DNA from: Eledone cirrhosa
Lineage: Eukaryota
Assembly (NCBI GenBank): GCA_964016885.1
Contig: OZ024740.1
Span: forward strand, 43,648,001-43,712,000
DNA: 64,000 bases
Direction of reading: 5' to 3'
The notes under the pieces were generated by a model. That model had not been told where the DNA came from and searched no databases. It saw only the letters and a list, made by a program, of their open reading frames with translations. Below are positions 10,304-21,911 of the stretch, in pieces (the first letter of the stretch is position 1; the number at the start of each line of letters is the position of its first letter). The position numbers were made by a program, and so were the translations under genes.

Positions 10304-13300
10304 CTACAGGCGCATGATCAGAGTAGGCCCACTCACGCGGGCCATTCTCGCCACATTCACCCACCTTTCAGTAAATGTACTGGGGGGCAGCACTTCTCTC
10401 TCCACCCTCACCTTCCTTTCCAAGTGAAACTTGAAGAAGTTGATGAGGGATTGGCCGAAGAGAAAAGTGTCTGTCTTCAGTCCTTTCAACCTGGTCCACC
10501 ATGCAACCTCTTTCGCTACTGCCACCAGGCAGAGGAAAATTGCCTGCCCTTCCTGACCAAAAGAAGGCGGCGGGTCAATCTTCACTATGGACTCGGACGA
10601 TAGCCGTATCCGTTCTACACGCGACAATAGCTGTTCGACATAACCCCACAAGTCAGCAATGCACGGACACTGGACGAGTGCGTGCAGAACGGTTTCGTCG
10701 CTCTGCGCGCATCTCGGGCAGGTTCGTCTGACAGCACTTCCGTGCCTGTAGAGTTTATCCCGAACCGGCAGCGCCCCCCGGTAGCACTGCCAAGCGAGGG
10801 ATTTCTGGAAGTTATCCATCGTCCCCGGCTCGAAAGTCCTCCGGAACATACTGGTCAGTTCTACTTCGTTGACGCCCAGAGCCTCTCCTAGTACGTCATC
10901 GCACTTGCCCTCCACTAATCCTCTATAGAAATCTTGAGTGGAAGTTCCACTGACCGCATTGCCCACCTTGCAGAGTGCAGTGAGCGCCTGGCAACATTCC
11001 AGATGCCAGTCGCCCAGTCTCGGTCTCTTCTTGACCCAGGACTGCAGCTCAGTCAAAGAGATGAGCTGCGGAAAGGCCCGTCTAACAAACGGCGACCACA
11101 CCTGTTCACCGTTTAGGCAAAATATCTGGAGATGTCGCAGCCTCAGCGCATGTCTGCGCATCATTAGCCACGGCATGCCCAGCCCTCCACGAAGAGGGTG
11201 CTGGCAGCAGATGGACCGCCTCACCAACGGGACCCGTCCCCTCCACAAAAATTTGAAAAGGAGCCGTTCCAAATTGGCGAGGCGTGGACGGGGGCAAGGC
11301 ACGACGGTCAGGCGGTAGTAGATGACGGACGCGATGTACGCGTTCGCCACCTCCGCCCGCCCTTTCAGTGATAGCTTTCTCTCAGCCCATTTCTGGGTGA
11401 GGTTGGCTATCCTGCTCGTCACCTCGTCCCAATTCTTATCCACCTGGAGGTCTGGTCCGAACCAAACCCCGAGCAACTTTACCGGTCCGTCTGTCCAGCG
11501 CCCAACGACGCTGTTGGACGGCATGGACTTGCCTCTCCAGGTGCCGAGCTGCAAGCCCACCGACTTTTCCGGGTTAAGTTTTGCTCCCGTCAACCTTTCA
11601 TATTCCTCCAAATGGGTGCGGATCACCTCGATTTCCGAGGTGTCCGACACCATCACGGTGATGTCGTCCGCATAAGCGGACGCAGCCTTTCTACGTCCCG
11701 GTTCGAGCGGGATGCCCTGCAACAACTCCAGCTTCCGCAGTAGAGGCTCAAGAGTCAATACGTACAGAAGTGAGGAGAGAGGGCACCCTTGACGGACCGA
11801 TCGAGAGATCTGAAACGGTTCCGAGAGGTGGCCATTGACTTTGACCACCGAGCAGATACCGCTGTACATTGCAGCGATCCAGCTTCTGAAGACGGGGCCG
11901 AAGCCAGCCGCCTCGAGGACAGCCTCCAAGTACCGATGGTCGACCCTATCGAATGCTTTCGATTGATCTAAATTGATCAGAGCCCCACCGAAGCCAGGTT
12001 TGCACCCAACCCTCTCTATTATGTATCGCATGAGGTGGAGGTTGTCGTGTATGGACCTGGTCGGGATTGCGCAAGTTTGCGCCTCCCCAACCAAATCTTT
12101 GACGACAAGCGCCAACCTTTTCGCTAACACCTTGGCCAAAATCTTAAACTCTGTGTTGAGCAGGGTTATGGGCCTGAAATTATCTAGTGTGTCCCTCTTG
12201 TTCTCGTCTTTCCTTATCAGCGTCACTACGCCACGGCTCACAGAACTGGGAATGCTCCCGTTCTGCTGCCAGTTGCAGTAGAGCGCTTCGAGGAGATCGG
12301 AGAACAAGTCTGGCATATTTACGTAAAGCTCGTAGGGCAGACCATCCAAACCGGGTGACTTGCGACTCGAGCAGCCGACAAGGGCGTCCTGAATTTCGAC
12401 TGATGTTATCGGCTCTTCGCAGCGCTCAGCGTCGGCCGTCGAGAGGCGTGGCAAGCCGTCGAGGTAGGGACTGAAGTCCGCCGCCGTCTCCGACTCACCC
12501 ATCCTCCCGAACAATCGAACAAAGTGCTGGCGAAAGGCCTCACACATCTGCTTGGAATCGCTCAGTTCGTGTCCATCTCGATCCGTCAAAGACCGAATTG
12601 TGGTTTTATTTCCACGCTGCGTCTCTGCAAAGCGAGCCCATCGGGCAGCTTTGGTTCCCTCGTTCCTCAGAGCACGCGCCTTAGCTCTGACAATGCAACC
12701 TTCGTGTTTCGCATTGAAGAAATGGTCTAGTGCCATTCTCGCCGCTAGCACGTCTGTTGCAATGCCACTACAAATAGCCTCGTCTAACTTAGCTATCAGC
12801 CCCTCCTCCTTTCTATTTTTCTCTATTGCTACTTCTTTGCTAAATCCTATCGAGGTTGCTCTAATCTCTCTTTTGAGTGCCCCCCACCACCTGTTGTTGA
12901 CAACCCCCCCTGTCAACTTTTGCTTAACTAAGTTGTTGACCCGGTCCCTGTAAGCTTTACGTGCCGGAAACGACATGTTTAGCTTCCAGTAGCTAGGTCC
13001 TAACCTACGTGTCTTATCTAGGTCGACCATACAGATCACAAGCTTGTGATCTGAATAGGCAACCGTTTTAAAATGTGGACATCCTACACTATTTCTATCT
13101 CTTTTCCTAATGAAAATCCTATCTATGTACGATCTAGATGACCCTATGCGATTGGTCCAGGTCCATACTGGCGCATTAGGGAAATCTAGTCGGTACCTGT
13201 CAGACAGTTGAAACTGGCTGCTCAGGTACTTGAGGCTTTTGCACCCCCCGCTCCTATCAGATACTCCCACACAATCCCAGCGTGCTTCTAAGATGCCATT

Positions 13301-13723
13301 CCAATCCCCTATTAACAGTAAAGGGCGAGACGTAAGCAGAAAGTTTTCCAGGCGCCTAAAGAAGTCCGGCCGACCGGCCCCAGTAGGGGCGTAGACGGCC
13401 ACCAGTCTAAAGGCACCACCTTCGCTATTGCTCACGTCCAGGACCACCAACTTTCCGTCAGGATCCCGGAAGATTGACCTTACCTCGAGATCCAGACATT
13501 TCCTAAACAGCACAGCCACTCCACCTCCCATTCCCGGCCGACTAACAGATGCAAAGATCTGATAATCGTCGAAAATCGGCGCCAGTGCGCGTGTGTCGGA
13601 AATTCTGGTCTCGCTGATGGCAATTACATCCATTCCTAGTGACCTGAGGTCGTTGAGCAAGTGACCTTGCTTCCAGGGCGACCCCAGGCCACGAACATTT
13701 AAACTTCCTACTCTTATGGCCAT
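10304..13723 (-). CDS. ORF2p: APE endonuclease, reverse transcriptase and CCHC knuckle, 1139 aa, intact
   Basis: APE motifs SLNVRG, ISET, GDWN, IDRIF, SDH; RT motifs KSPGLDG, NFRPITLLN, LDQSKAFDRV, QGCPLS, AYADD; CPRCAQSDETVLHALVQC. Confidence 0.97.
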   Translation of the reverse strand: MAIRVGSLNVRGLGSPWKQGHLLNDLRSLGMDVIAISETRISDTRALAPIFDDYQIFASVSRPGMGGGVAVLFRKCLDLEVRSIFRDPDGKLVVLDVSNSEGGAFRLVAVYAPTGAGRPDFFRRLENFLLTSRPLLLIGDWNGILEARWDCVGVSDRSGGCKSLKYLSSQFQLSDRYRLDFPNAPVWTWTNRIGSSRSYIDRIFIRKRDRNSVGCPHFKTVAYSDHKLVICMVDLDKTRRLGPSYWKLNMSFPARKAYRDRVNNLVKQKLTGGVVNNRWWGALKREIRATSIGFSKEVAIEKNRKEEGLIAKLDEAICSGIATDVLAARMALDHFFNAKHEGCIVRAKARALRNEGTKAARWARFAETQRGNKTTIRSLTDRDGHELSDSKQMCEAFRQHFVRLFGRMGESETAADFSPYLDGLPRLSTADAERCEEPITSVEIQDALVGCSSRKSPGLDGLPYELYVNMPDLFSDLLEALYCNWQQNGSIPSSVSRGVVTLIRKDENKRDTLDNFRPITLLNTEFKILAKVLAKRLALVVKDLVGEAQTCAIPTRSIHDNLHLMRYIIERVGCKPGFGGALINLDQSKAFDRVDHRYLEAVLEAAGFGPVFRSWIAAMYSGICSVVKVNGHLSEPFQISRSVRQGCPLSSLLYVLTLEPLLRKLELLQGIPLEPGRRKAASAYADDITVMVSDTSEIEVIRTHLEEYERLTGAKLNPEKSVGLQLGTWRGKSMPSNSVVGRWTDGPVKLLGVWFGPDLQVDKNWDEVTSRIANLTQKWAERKLSLKGRAEVANAYIASVIYYRLTVVPCPRPRLANLERLLFKFLWRGRVPLVRRSICCQHPLRGGLGMPWLMMRRHALRLRHLQIFCLNGEQVWSPFVRRAFPQLISLTELQSWVKKRPRLGDWHLECCQALTALCKVGNAVSGTSTQDFYRGLVEGKCDDVLGEALGVNEVELTSMFRRTFEPGTMDNFQKSLAWQCYRGALPVRDKLYRHGSAVRRTCPRCAQSDETVLHALVQCPCIADLWGYVEQLLSRVERIRLSSESIVKIDPPPSFGQEGQAIFLCLVAVAKEVAWWTRLKGLKTDTFLFGQSLINFFKFHLERKVRVEREVLPPSTFTERWVNVARMARVSGPTLIMRL

Positions 13724-13752
13724 GCTGGCAGGATGAATGGGAGAGGAAAGGT

Positions 13753-15662
13753 TTACTTACCTTCCGGGGTCTTGTGAAGGTCGGGTGGTTCGACCTCCAT
13801 GGTTTGTGGGGTTTCTTTTGGGAACCCCTTTAATAGTCTTGACGTGGGTTTTACGTTCGGGGTTCCCACATCCCGAGGAAAGCTCTTTCGAATTTCTTTG
13901 TATGAAGCGAGCGACATTCGCATCAGAAGCAAATTATCTGGTACGCGAAATGTGCTCGCTTCAAATGTTTCCCCGTCTTTTTCGATGTTTGTGCTTCGTG
14001 CTACATGGGCCATCAATTCCTTGTTGGCCCTTCTGGCAAGCACGAAGTTTTTAATGTTTTGTTGCTCGGGTTTTATTTGTTCGTGTGATTGTGGTGGTGA
14101 TAGCTTTGTTAGTGTTGTTTCTATTGTGTCTGCGTTTGTTGTGGGTGGGGTGTCTGTAGTTTCTGATGTTTGTGTGTCTATTTGTTCTTGTGTCTGTTTA
14201 GCTTGTTTGCGTTTGGGGGATTTTGGTGGTTGTGTTGGTGATGCTGTGGGGAAAATGTTTGTGTGGGTGATGTGTGTATTTTTTTTTGTGGGGGTGTCTG
14301 TGCTTTGTGGATTTCTTTTTTTTTGTGTTTTGTTTTTTGTATTTTGGGGGACTTTGGTTTTCCCTCATCTTCACTGCTGGAGGATGAGGGGTCTGTGGCT
14401 GTGAGCGTGTTTGTGTCTGAGTGAGTGTTTATGTTCTTGTTCGTGTGTGTATTTTGGGGGGGAGGGGGAATGGGAGAGCTTTCCTCGTTTCCCCCCTGGG
14501 TGTGCAATTTTGGTGGTTCCATTGTTGACGGTGTTGCTGGTGGTCCTTGTCCCGGCGTCGCCAGCAGTGGAATCTTTCGACCCCTTGCGCTTTTCGGCAG
14601 TTGAGGGCAGAAGGCTCGCAAGTGTGTCGTTTCCCCACAAAGGAAACAATGCGGCCTTTTGCCCTCAGTCATTATATGCAACACCCTCCCGTTTTGGAGG
14701 CGGATGTGGTCCGGGATTGCTTTTACGTTTTCGGGTCTGATTTGGAGCAGTATCTCCAGATCAACCCCGGACCAGTCGTCCCTGGCAGTTCTCGTTGCCT
14801 CTACCGGGACTGTATCCGTTCCTTCCACGATTACGCAACCCAGGAGCCACCACATATCAAGTCCTGGTGGAATCCTGGGAATGCGCACACGTGCTATTCG
14901 TTTTCCCATGTGGGAGGGGTACATTATAACCTTGCTGGTTTTGCAAGGGGTCATTGAATGCTTCACAGCGAGGGCTTCAGACTTGAACAGCACCGAAACG
15001 GTGCCGTATTGCCTGCCCCTCTCTATGAAGTCTGTGTCCTCTCTGATGTATTTCAGTGCGGCTTCTATGTCAGCTTGGGCGATTATCGCTGCCCTCTTTG
15101 TCTCTACTGAGATGCATCTGAAATGCACCGTTCTTTTTTCCACTGCCTCAATGGCTTCTGCCGGGACAGTTAAGTTTGCCCAGGTCTGCTCTTGATTTAT
15201 GATTTTCCAGGCCTGGGCCAACTTTTCCTCTCTGTTGGTTAAGTCGATGCTGTAGCATGGTCTCCTTTTAGCCGCTGCCACAGCAGCGAAGGTGTTCTTG
15301 TTGGTGTTGTCACTGTTGTTGTTCTTGTTGGTGTTGCTGCTGCTATTGCTGTTGTTGTTCTCCCCTGTGTCGTGGTTACCCTCTGTGCTGTTGGCCTTGT
15401 TGGTGCTGTTGCTGTCGCTACTATTACTCTCTGTGCTGTTCGTTTTGTTGGTGCTCTCGCTATTACCACCTTCTGCGCTGTTCGGCTTGTTGGTGTTGGT
15501 GTTGTCGCTGTTACCACCTTCCGCGCCGCTCGGCCCGTTGGTGCTGGCACTGTCGCTGCTCACATTCGTGCTGGTGGCGCTCCTCGCCTCACCTCTCCTC
15601 TCAACGCTCAAGTCGCCGTTGCACGACAGCAGACCCGCCTCTAGGGGGCGTGGCTCCGCCAT
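13753..15662 (-). CDS. ORF1p (nucleic-acid binding, CCHC knuckle); 494 aa as read, ~636 aa if the A9 run at 14316-14324 is read -1
   Basis: N/S/T-rich N-terminus, TFAAVAAAK, knuckle CFLCGETTHLRAFC. The -1 frame from the A9 run is open to 13753 and aligns with A2 copies (KSPKRKQ...FVLARRANKELM). Confidence 0.85.
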
Positions 15663-15708
15663 GTTTTTTTGAGAAAAAAATTATTATTTTTTTTCAAAAT
15701 AAAGTTCA

Positions 15709-15736
15709 AATATTTGGGCCAAAAGGCCCAAATATT
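15709..15736 (-). promoter_or_regulatory. Conserved 5'-UTR hairpin (12-bp stem, 4-nt loop)
   Basis: AATATTTGGGCC-N4-GGCCCAAATATT; also at ~21732, 22738, 40531, 46306 and 56721. Confidence 0.75.
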
Positions 15737-15896
15737 ATGAGTTATTCCTTCACAGGATACAAATTAATGTCTTATAATGCTTCAGCGGTACAAAAAATAA
15801 ACAATTCTCTACAATTAATCCTCAAAAATTGCTTACTCACGGAGCTTCAAAAAACGTACATCCACTTTCGTCAATAATAATAATAATAATAATAAT

Positions 15897-16003
15897 TGTT
15901 TCTACTTTAGGCACAAGGCCAGCAAATTACCCAGTGCATTACTGGTACTTTATTTTATCGACCCCGTAAGGATGAAAGGCAAAGTCAACCTCGGCGGGAT
16001 TTG
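15897..16003 (-). mobile_element. 5'-truncated SINE in the (AAT)n spacer
   Basis: Matches the 3' part of 46427-46611; bounded by (AAT)8 and TAAT|G. Confidence 0.92.
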
Positions 16004-16007
16004 TAAT

Positions 16008-19000
16008 GATTTCATTTATTGGCCACAAGGGCCGATATATAGGGGACAATACAAAAGACTGGGACAGTGGGGTTTTACAGAACAATCGAGTAAACAATAT
16101 GAATAACAATAACAAAGTAACGATAAAATTACAACAAGAAAAAATTCCCCAATAGGGGGGATGACCACCCAGGTTTCGCTCAGGTACCCCACCGATACTG
16201 AACGACCCGACGCTTCGAGAGCACCCTGGAAGGGCACCCCTCTCCTCCTCAAATTTACCTACCTACAGCCGCATGACCAGAGTAGGCCCAATCACACGGG
16301 CCATTCTCGCCACATTCACCCACCTTTCAGCAAATGTACTGGGGGGCAGCACTTCTCGCTCCACCCTCATCTTCCTTTCCAAGTGAAACTTGAAATAGTC
16401 GATGGGGGTTGTTGGCCGAAGAGAAAAGTGTCTGTCTTCAGTCCTTTCAACCTCGTCCACCATACAACCTCTTTCGCTACTGCCACCAGACAGAGGAACA
16501 CATTGCTTGCCCTTCCTGACCAAAAGAAGGCGGCGGGTCGATCTTCACTATGGACTCGGCCGATAGCCGGATCCGTTCTACACGCGACGACAGCTGCTCA
16601 ACATAACTCCACAAGTCAGTAATGCACGGACACTGGACGAGTGCGTGCCGAATGTTTTCGTCGCTCTGCGAGCATCTCGGGCAGGTCCGTCTGACAGCAC
16701 TTCCGTGTCTGTAGAGTTTATCTCGAACCGGCAGTGCCCCCCCCCCCCCCCTGTTACACTGCCAAGCGAGTGATTTTTGGAAATTATCCATTGCCCCCCG
16801 GCTCGAAAGTCCTCCGGTACAGACTGGTTAGTTCGGACTTGTTGACTCTCAGAGCCTCTCCGAGTGCGTCGTCGCACTTGCCCACCACTAATCTTCTATA
16901 GAACTCGAGAGTGGAAGTTTCACTGACCGCATTGCCCGCCTGGTAGAGATGCCAGTCACCCAGTCTCGGTCTCTTCTTGACCCAGGACTGCAGCTCAGTC
17001 AAAGAAACGAGCTGCAGAAACGCCCGTCTGACAAACGGCGACCACACCTGTTCACCGTTTAGGCAGAATATCTGGAGATGCCGCAGCCTCAGAGCGTGCC
17101 TGCGCATCATTAGCCACAGCAAGCCCAGCCCTCCACATAGAGGGTGCTGGCAGAAAATGGACCGCCTCACCAGCGGAACCGGACCCCTCCACAAGAATTT
17201 GAAGAGGAGCCGCTCCAAGATGGCGAGGCGCGAACGGGGGCAAGGGACGACGGTCAGACGGTAGTAGGTGACGGACGCGATGTACGCGTTCGCCACCTCC
17301 GCCCGACCTTTCAGTGATAGCTTCATCCCAGCCCATTTCTGGGTGAGGCTGGCTACCCTGCCCGTCACCTCGTCCCAATTCTTATCCACCTGGAGGTCTG
17401 GCCTGAACCAAACCCCGAGCAACTTTACCAGTCCGTCCGTCCAGCACCTAACGACGCTGTTGCACGGCATGGACTTTCCTTTCCAGATGCCGCGTTGCAA
17501 GCCCACTGACTGTTCTGGGTTAAGTTTTGCTCCCGTCAGCCTTTCATATTCCTCCAATAAGTTACTGACCACCTCGATTTTCCGAGGTGTCCGACACCAT
17601 CATGGTGATTTCGTCCGCATAAGCCGACACAGCCTTTCCGCGTCCCGGTTCGAGTGGGATGCTCTGCAACAGCTCCAGCTTCCGTAGTAAAGGCTCGAGA
17701 GTCAATACGTACAGAAAGGAGGAGAGAGGGCACCGTAGCCGGACCGATCGGGAGACCTGAAACGGTTCCGAGAGGTGGCCATTAATTTTGACCATAGAGC
17801 AAGTGCCGCTGTGCATTGCAACGATCCAGCTTCTGAAGACGGGGCCGAAGCCAGCCGCCTTGAGGACAGCCTCCAGGTACCGATGGTCGACCCTATCGAA
17901 TGCTTTCGATTGATCTAAATTGATCAGATCCCCACCGAAGCCAGGTTTACACCCTACCCTCTCTATGATGTATCGCATTAGGTGGAGGTTGTCGTGTATG
18001 GACCTGGTTGGGACTGCGCAAGTTTGCGCCTCCCCAACCAAATCCCTGACGACAAGCGCCAACCACCTCGCTAACACCCTGGCCAAAATCTTAAACTCTG
18101 TGTTGAGCAGAGTTATGGGCCTGAAATTATCTAATGTGTCCCTCTTGTTCTCGTCTTTCCTCATCAGCGTCACTACGCCCCGGCTCACAGAACTGGGAAT
18201 ACTCCCGTTTTGCTGCCAGTTGCAGTAGAGGGCTTCGAGGAGATTGGAGAACAAGTCTGGCATATTTACGTAAAGCTCGTAGGGCAGACCATCCAAACCG
18301 GGTGACTTGCGCCTCATGCAGCCTACAGGGGCATCCTGAATCTCGGCTGAAGTAATTGGCCTTTTGAAGCGCCCAGCGTCAGCCGTCGAGAGTTGCGGCA
18401 AGCCACCGAGGTAGGGACTGAAGTCCGCCACCATCTCTGACCCGCCACTTCCCCCGAACAACCGAGCAAAATGTTGGCGACAGGCCTCACATATCTGCTT
18501 GGAATCGCTCAGCTCGTGTCCGTCTTGCTCCGTCAAAGACCTAATCGTGGTTTTATTACTACGCTGCGCCTCTGCCACGCGGGCCCATCGAACAGCTTTG
18601 GTTCCCTTGTTTCTCAGAGCACGCGCCTTAGCCCTGACTATGCAACCTTCGTGTTTCACATTGAAGAAATTGTCTAATGCCATTCTCGCCACTAGCACGT
18701 CAGTTGCAATGCCACTACCAATAGCCTCGTCTAACTTATCTACCAACTCCCCCTCCTTTCTATTTTTCTCTAACGCTACTTCTTTGCTAAACTCTATCGA
18801 CATTACTCTAATCTCTCTTTTGAGAGCCCCCCACCATCTATTGTTGACGATTCCCCCTGTCAACTTTTTCTTAACTAAATTGTTGACCTGGTCCCTGTAA
18901 GCCTTACGTGCCGGAAATGACATGTTTAGCTTCCAGTAACCAGGTCCTAACCTACGCGTCTCATCTAGGTCGACCATACAGATCACAAACTTGTGATCTG

Positions 19001-21893
19001 AATAGGCGACCGTTTCAAAACGTGGACAGCTTACACTATTTCTGTCTATTTTCCTAATGAATATCCTGTCTATATAAGATCTAGATGACCGTATGCGGTT
19101 AGCCCAGGTCCACACTGGCGCATTAGGGAAATCTAGTCGGTACCTGTCAGACAGTTGGAACTGGCTGATCAAGTTCTTGAGGCTTTTGCACCCCCCGCTC
19201 CTATCGGATACTCCTCCCACACAGTCCCAGAGTGCGTCTAAGATGCCGTTCCAGTCCCCCGCTTACAGTAAAGGGCGAGACGTACACAGAAAGGCTTCCA
19301 GGCGTCTAAAGAAGTCCAGCCGTCCTGCCCCAATTGGAGCATAGACGGCCACCAGTCTAACGGCACCACATTCGTTAATGTTCACGTCCAGGACCACCAA
19401 CTTTCCGTCCGGGTCCCGGAAGATCGACCTTACCTCGAGATCCAGGCCTTTCCTAAACAGCACTGCCACCCCTCCTCCCATTCCAGGCCGGCTAACAGAT
19501 GCAAAAATCTGAAAGTCGTCGAAAATGGGGGCTAGTGCGCGCGTGTCGGAAATCCTGGTCCCGCTGACGGCAATTACATCCATTTCTAGAGACCTGAGGT
19601 CGTTGAGCAGGTGACCCTGCTTCTAGGACGATCCCAGGCCTCGAACATTTAAACATCCTACTCTTAATACGGCCATGTTGGCAGGTTAAAAAGAGAGAGA
19701 GGAAGGTTTACTTACCCTCAAGGCTCTTGTGAAGGTCGGGTTGTTCGACCTCCATAGTTGGTGGTTGTTTCTTTTGGGAACCCCCTTAAAAGTCTTGAAG
19801 TGGGTTTTCCGTTCGAGGTTCCCACGTCCCGAGGAAAGCTGTCTCGTATTTCTTTGAATAAATCGATCGACATTCGCACCAGAACCAAATCTTCCGGCAC
19901 GCGAAATGTGCTCGATTTAAAAATTTCCCCCTCTTTTTGTATATTTTCACTTTGTGCAACGAGGGCCATCAGTTCCTTGTTGGCCCTCCTGACGAGCACG
20001 AAGTTTTGTATGTTTTGTTGGTGTGATTTTATTTGTTTGCGTGGCTGTGGTGGTGATGGTTTTGGTGGTGTTGTTTCGGTTGTGTCTGTGTTTGTTGTGA
20101 GTGCGGTGTCTGTGGTTTCAGATGTTTGTGTGTATATTTGTTCTTGCGTCTGTTTAGGTTGTTTGCGTTTGGGGGATTCTGGTGATGGTGATGGTGGTGT
20201 TGATGTCGGTGTTATTGGAGATATGTTTGCGTGGGTAGTGTCTCCGTTTTTTTTATTGTGGGTGATTTTGCGCTTTGTTGAGTTTTTTTTTTCTTTTTGT
20301 GTTTACTTTTTTGTATTTTGGGGGATTTTGGTTTTCCCTCATCTTCACTACTGGTAGATGAGGGGTCTGTGTATGTAGGTGTGTCTGTATGTATGTTTAT
20401 GGTGTGTGTATTTTGGGGGGAGGGGGAGTTTGACAGCTTTCCTCGTTTTCCCCCTGGGTGGTCAATGTTGGTGATGGTCTTTCTATTGGTGTTGTTGTTG
20501 GTGGTTTTGCCGGTGCTGGTGTTGGTTGTGGTCCTCGCCCCGGCGTCGGCAGCAGTGGAGCCTTTCGACCCCTTGCCTCTTTCAGCAGTTGAGGGCAGAA
20601 GGCTCGCAAATGGTTTTTTTCCCCACAAACAAAACACTGCGGCCTCTTGCCCTCGGTCATAATGTGAATGACCGTCTCATTCTGAAGGCGGATGTGGTCC
20701 GGGATTGTCTTCACATTCTCGGGCCTGATCTGGAGAAGGATCTCCAGGTCAACCCCGGACCAGTCCTCTCTGACCGTTCTGGTCACTTCTATAGGGACGG
20801 TATCCGTCCCCTCCACAATCACACATCCCAGAAGCCACCACATGTCAAGTCCTGGTGGGATTCTGGGAATACGGAGACGGGCTTTTTTTTTCCCATGTGG
20901 GAGGGGTACATTATGACCTTGCTGGTTTTGCAAGGAGTCATAGCGTGTTTTATAGCGAGGGCTTCTGACTTGAAAAACACAGAAATGGTGCCGTACTGTC
21001 TGCCCCTCTTTATGTATTCGGTGTCTTCTCTGATGCACCTCAGCGCGACTTCGACATCTGCTTGTGTGATTAAAGCTGCCCTTTTGGTTTGTGCTGAGAT
21101 GCATCTATACTGCACCGTTCTGCGCTCCACTGCCTCAATAGCTTCTACCGGGACAGTAAAGTTGGCCCAGGTTTGCTCTTGCTTGATGAGCTTCCATGCC
21201 TGGGCCAACATTTCATCTTTGTTTGAGAGGTCCATGTTGAAGCATGGCCTCTTTTTTGCTGCTGCCGCAGCGAAAGTGTCTTCTTGTTTTCGTTGGGGGT
21301 TTTGTTGTCGTTGTCATTGTTCTTGTTGGTGTTGTTGTTATCACTGTCGCTGTTATCATTGTTGTCTTTGTTGCCACCGCTCTTCTCGGTGCAGTTGGTA
21401 TTGTTGCTGTTGGTGTTGTCGCTATTTGTTTTCATGTTAGTGGTGTTGATATTGTTGTTACATTTGTTATTTTTTTTTTTTTGTTATCTGTATTTTCGTT
21501 GTCGCTGTTACTGTCATTTTTTTTCAAAATTAGAGTTCTCATTGGTATCATTGGTGTCTTTGTTTACCTATTTTGTGGTGGTGTTCGTGTTATCAATTTG
21601 TCTTAATTTCACTGTAGCGCTCCTCTCAACTTCTACGTCGTTGTCGCACGACAGCCGACATATCGCTGGGGGGCATGGCTCAGCCATGTTTTTTTATCTT
21701 CGTAAATTTTTTAACATGTAAAAAAAGTTCAAATATTTGGCCAAAAGGCCCAAATATTATACTTTCCCCTTCACAGGGCAAAGTCTAAGGACTTATATAC
21801 CTTACACAACAAGAAATATTTAACAACAAATAATTTTAACAGGCAAATAAAGCGACTTACTGGGAGCGGGCAAAAATGACGTCCGAACAGATC
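16008..21893 (-). mobile_element. Full-length Tx1-clade element, lineage A2 copy a, frameshifted
   Basis: ORF2 fragments within 16263-19676, ORF1 fragments within ~19710-21687, both UTRs, (AAT)n flanks. Confidence 0.95.
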
Positions 21894-21911
21894 AATAATA
21901 ATAATAATAAT

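Larger units (their letters stand above)
10044..15872 (-). mobile_element. Full-length Tx1-clade retrotransposon, lineage A1 copy a (young)
   Basis: 5' UTR, ORF1, intact ORF2 and 3' UTR with AATAAA; flanked by (AAT)n at ~10021-10043 and 15873-15896. Confidence 0.97.

Noticed and set aside
13725-13760. 36-nt mini-intron GTAAGT..CCTGCCAG fusing ORF1 to ORF2
   Set aside because: The AG exists only in A1 (others read CAAC-ATG), and splicing would not put ORF2 in frame.
20240-20260. Programmed frameshift at the A2 PTIKK A-run
   Set aside because: Run length differs among copies (8, 6, 7), consistent with decay or sequencing error.
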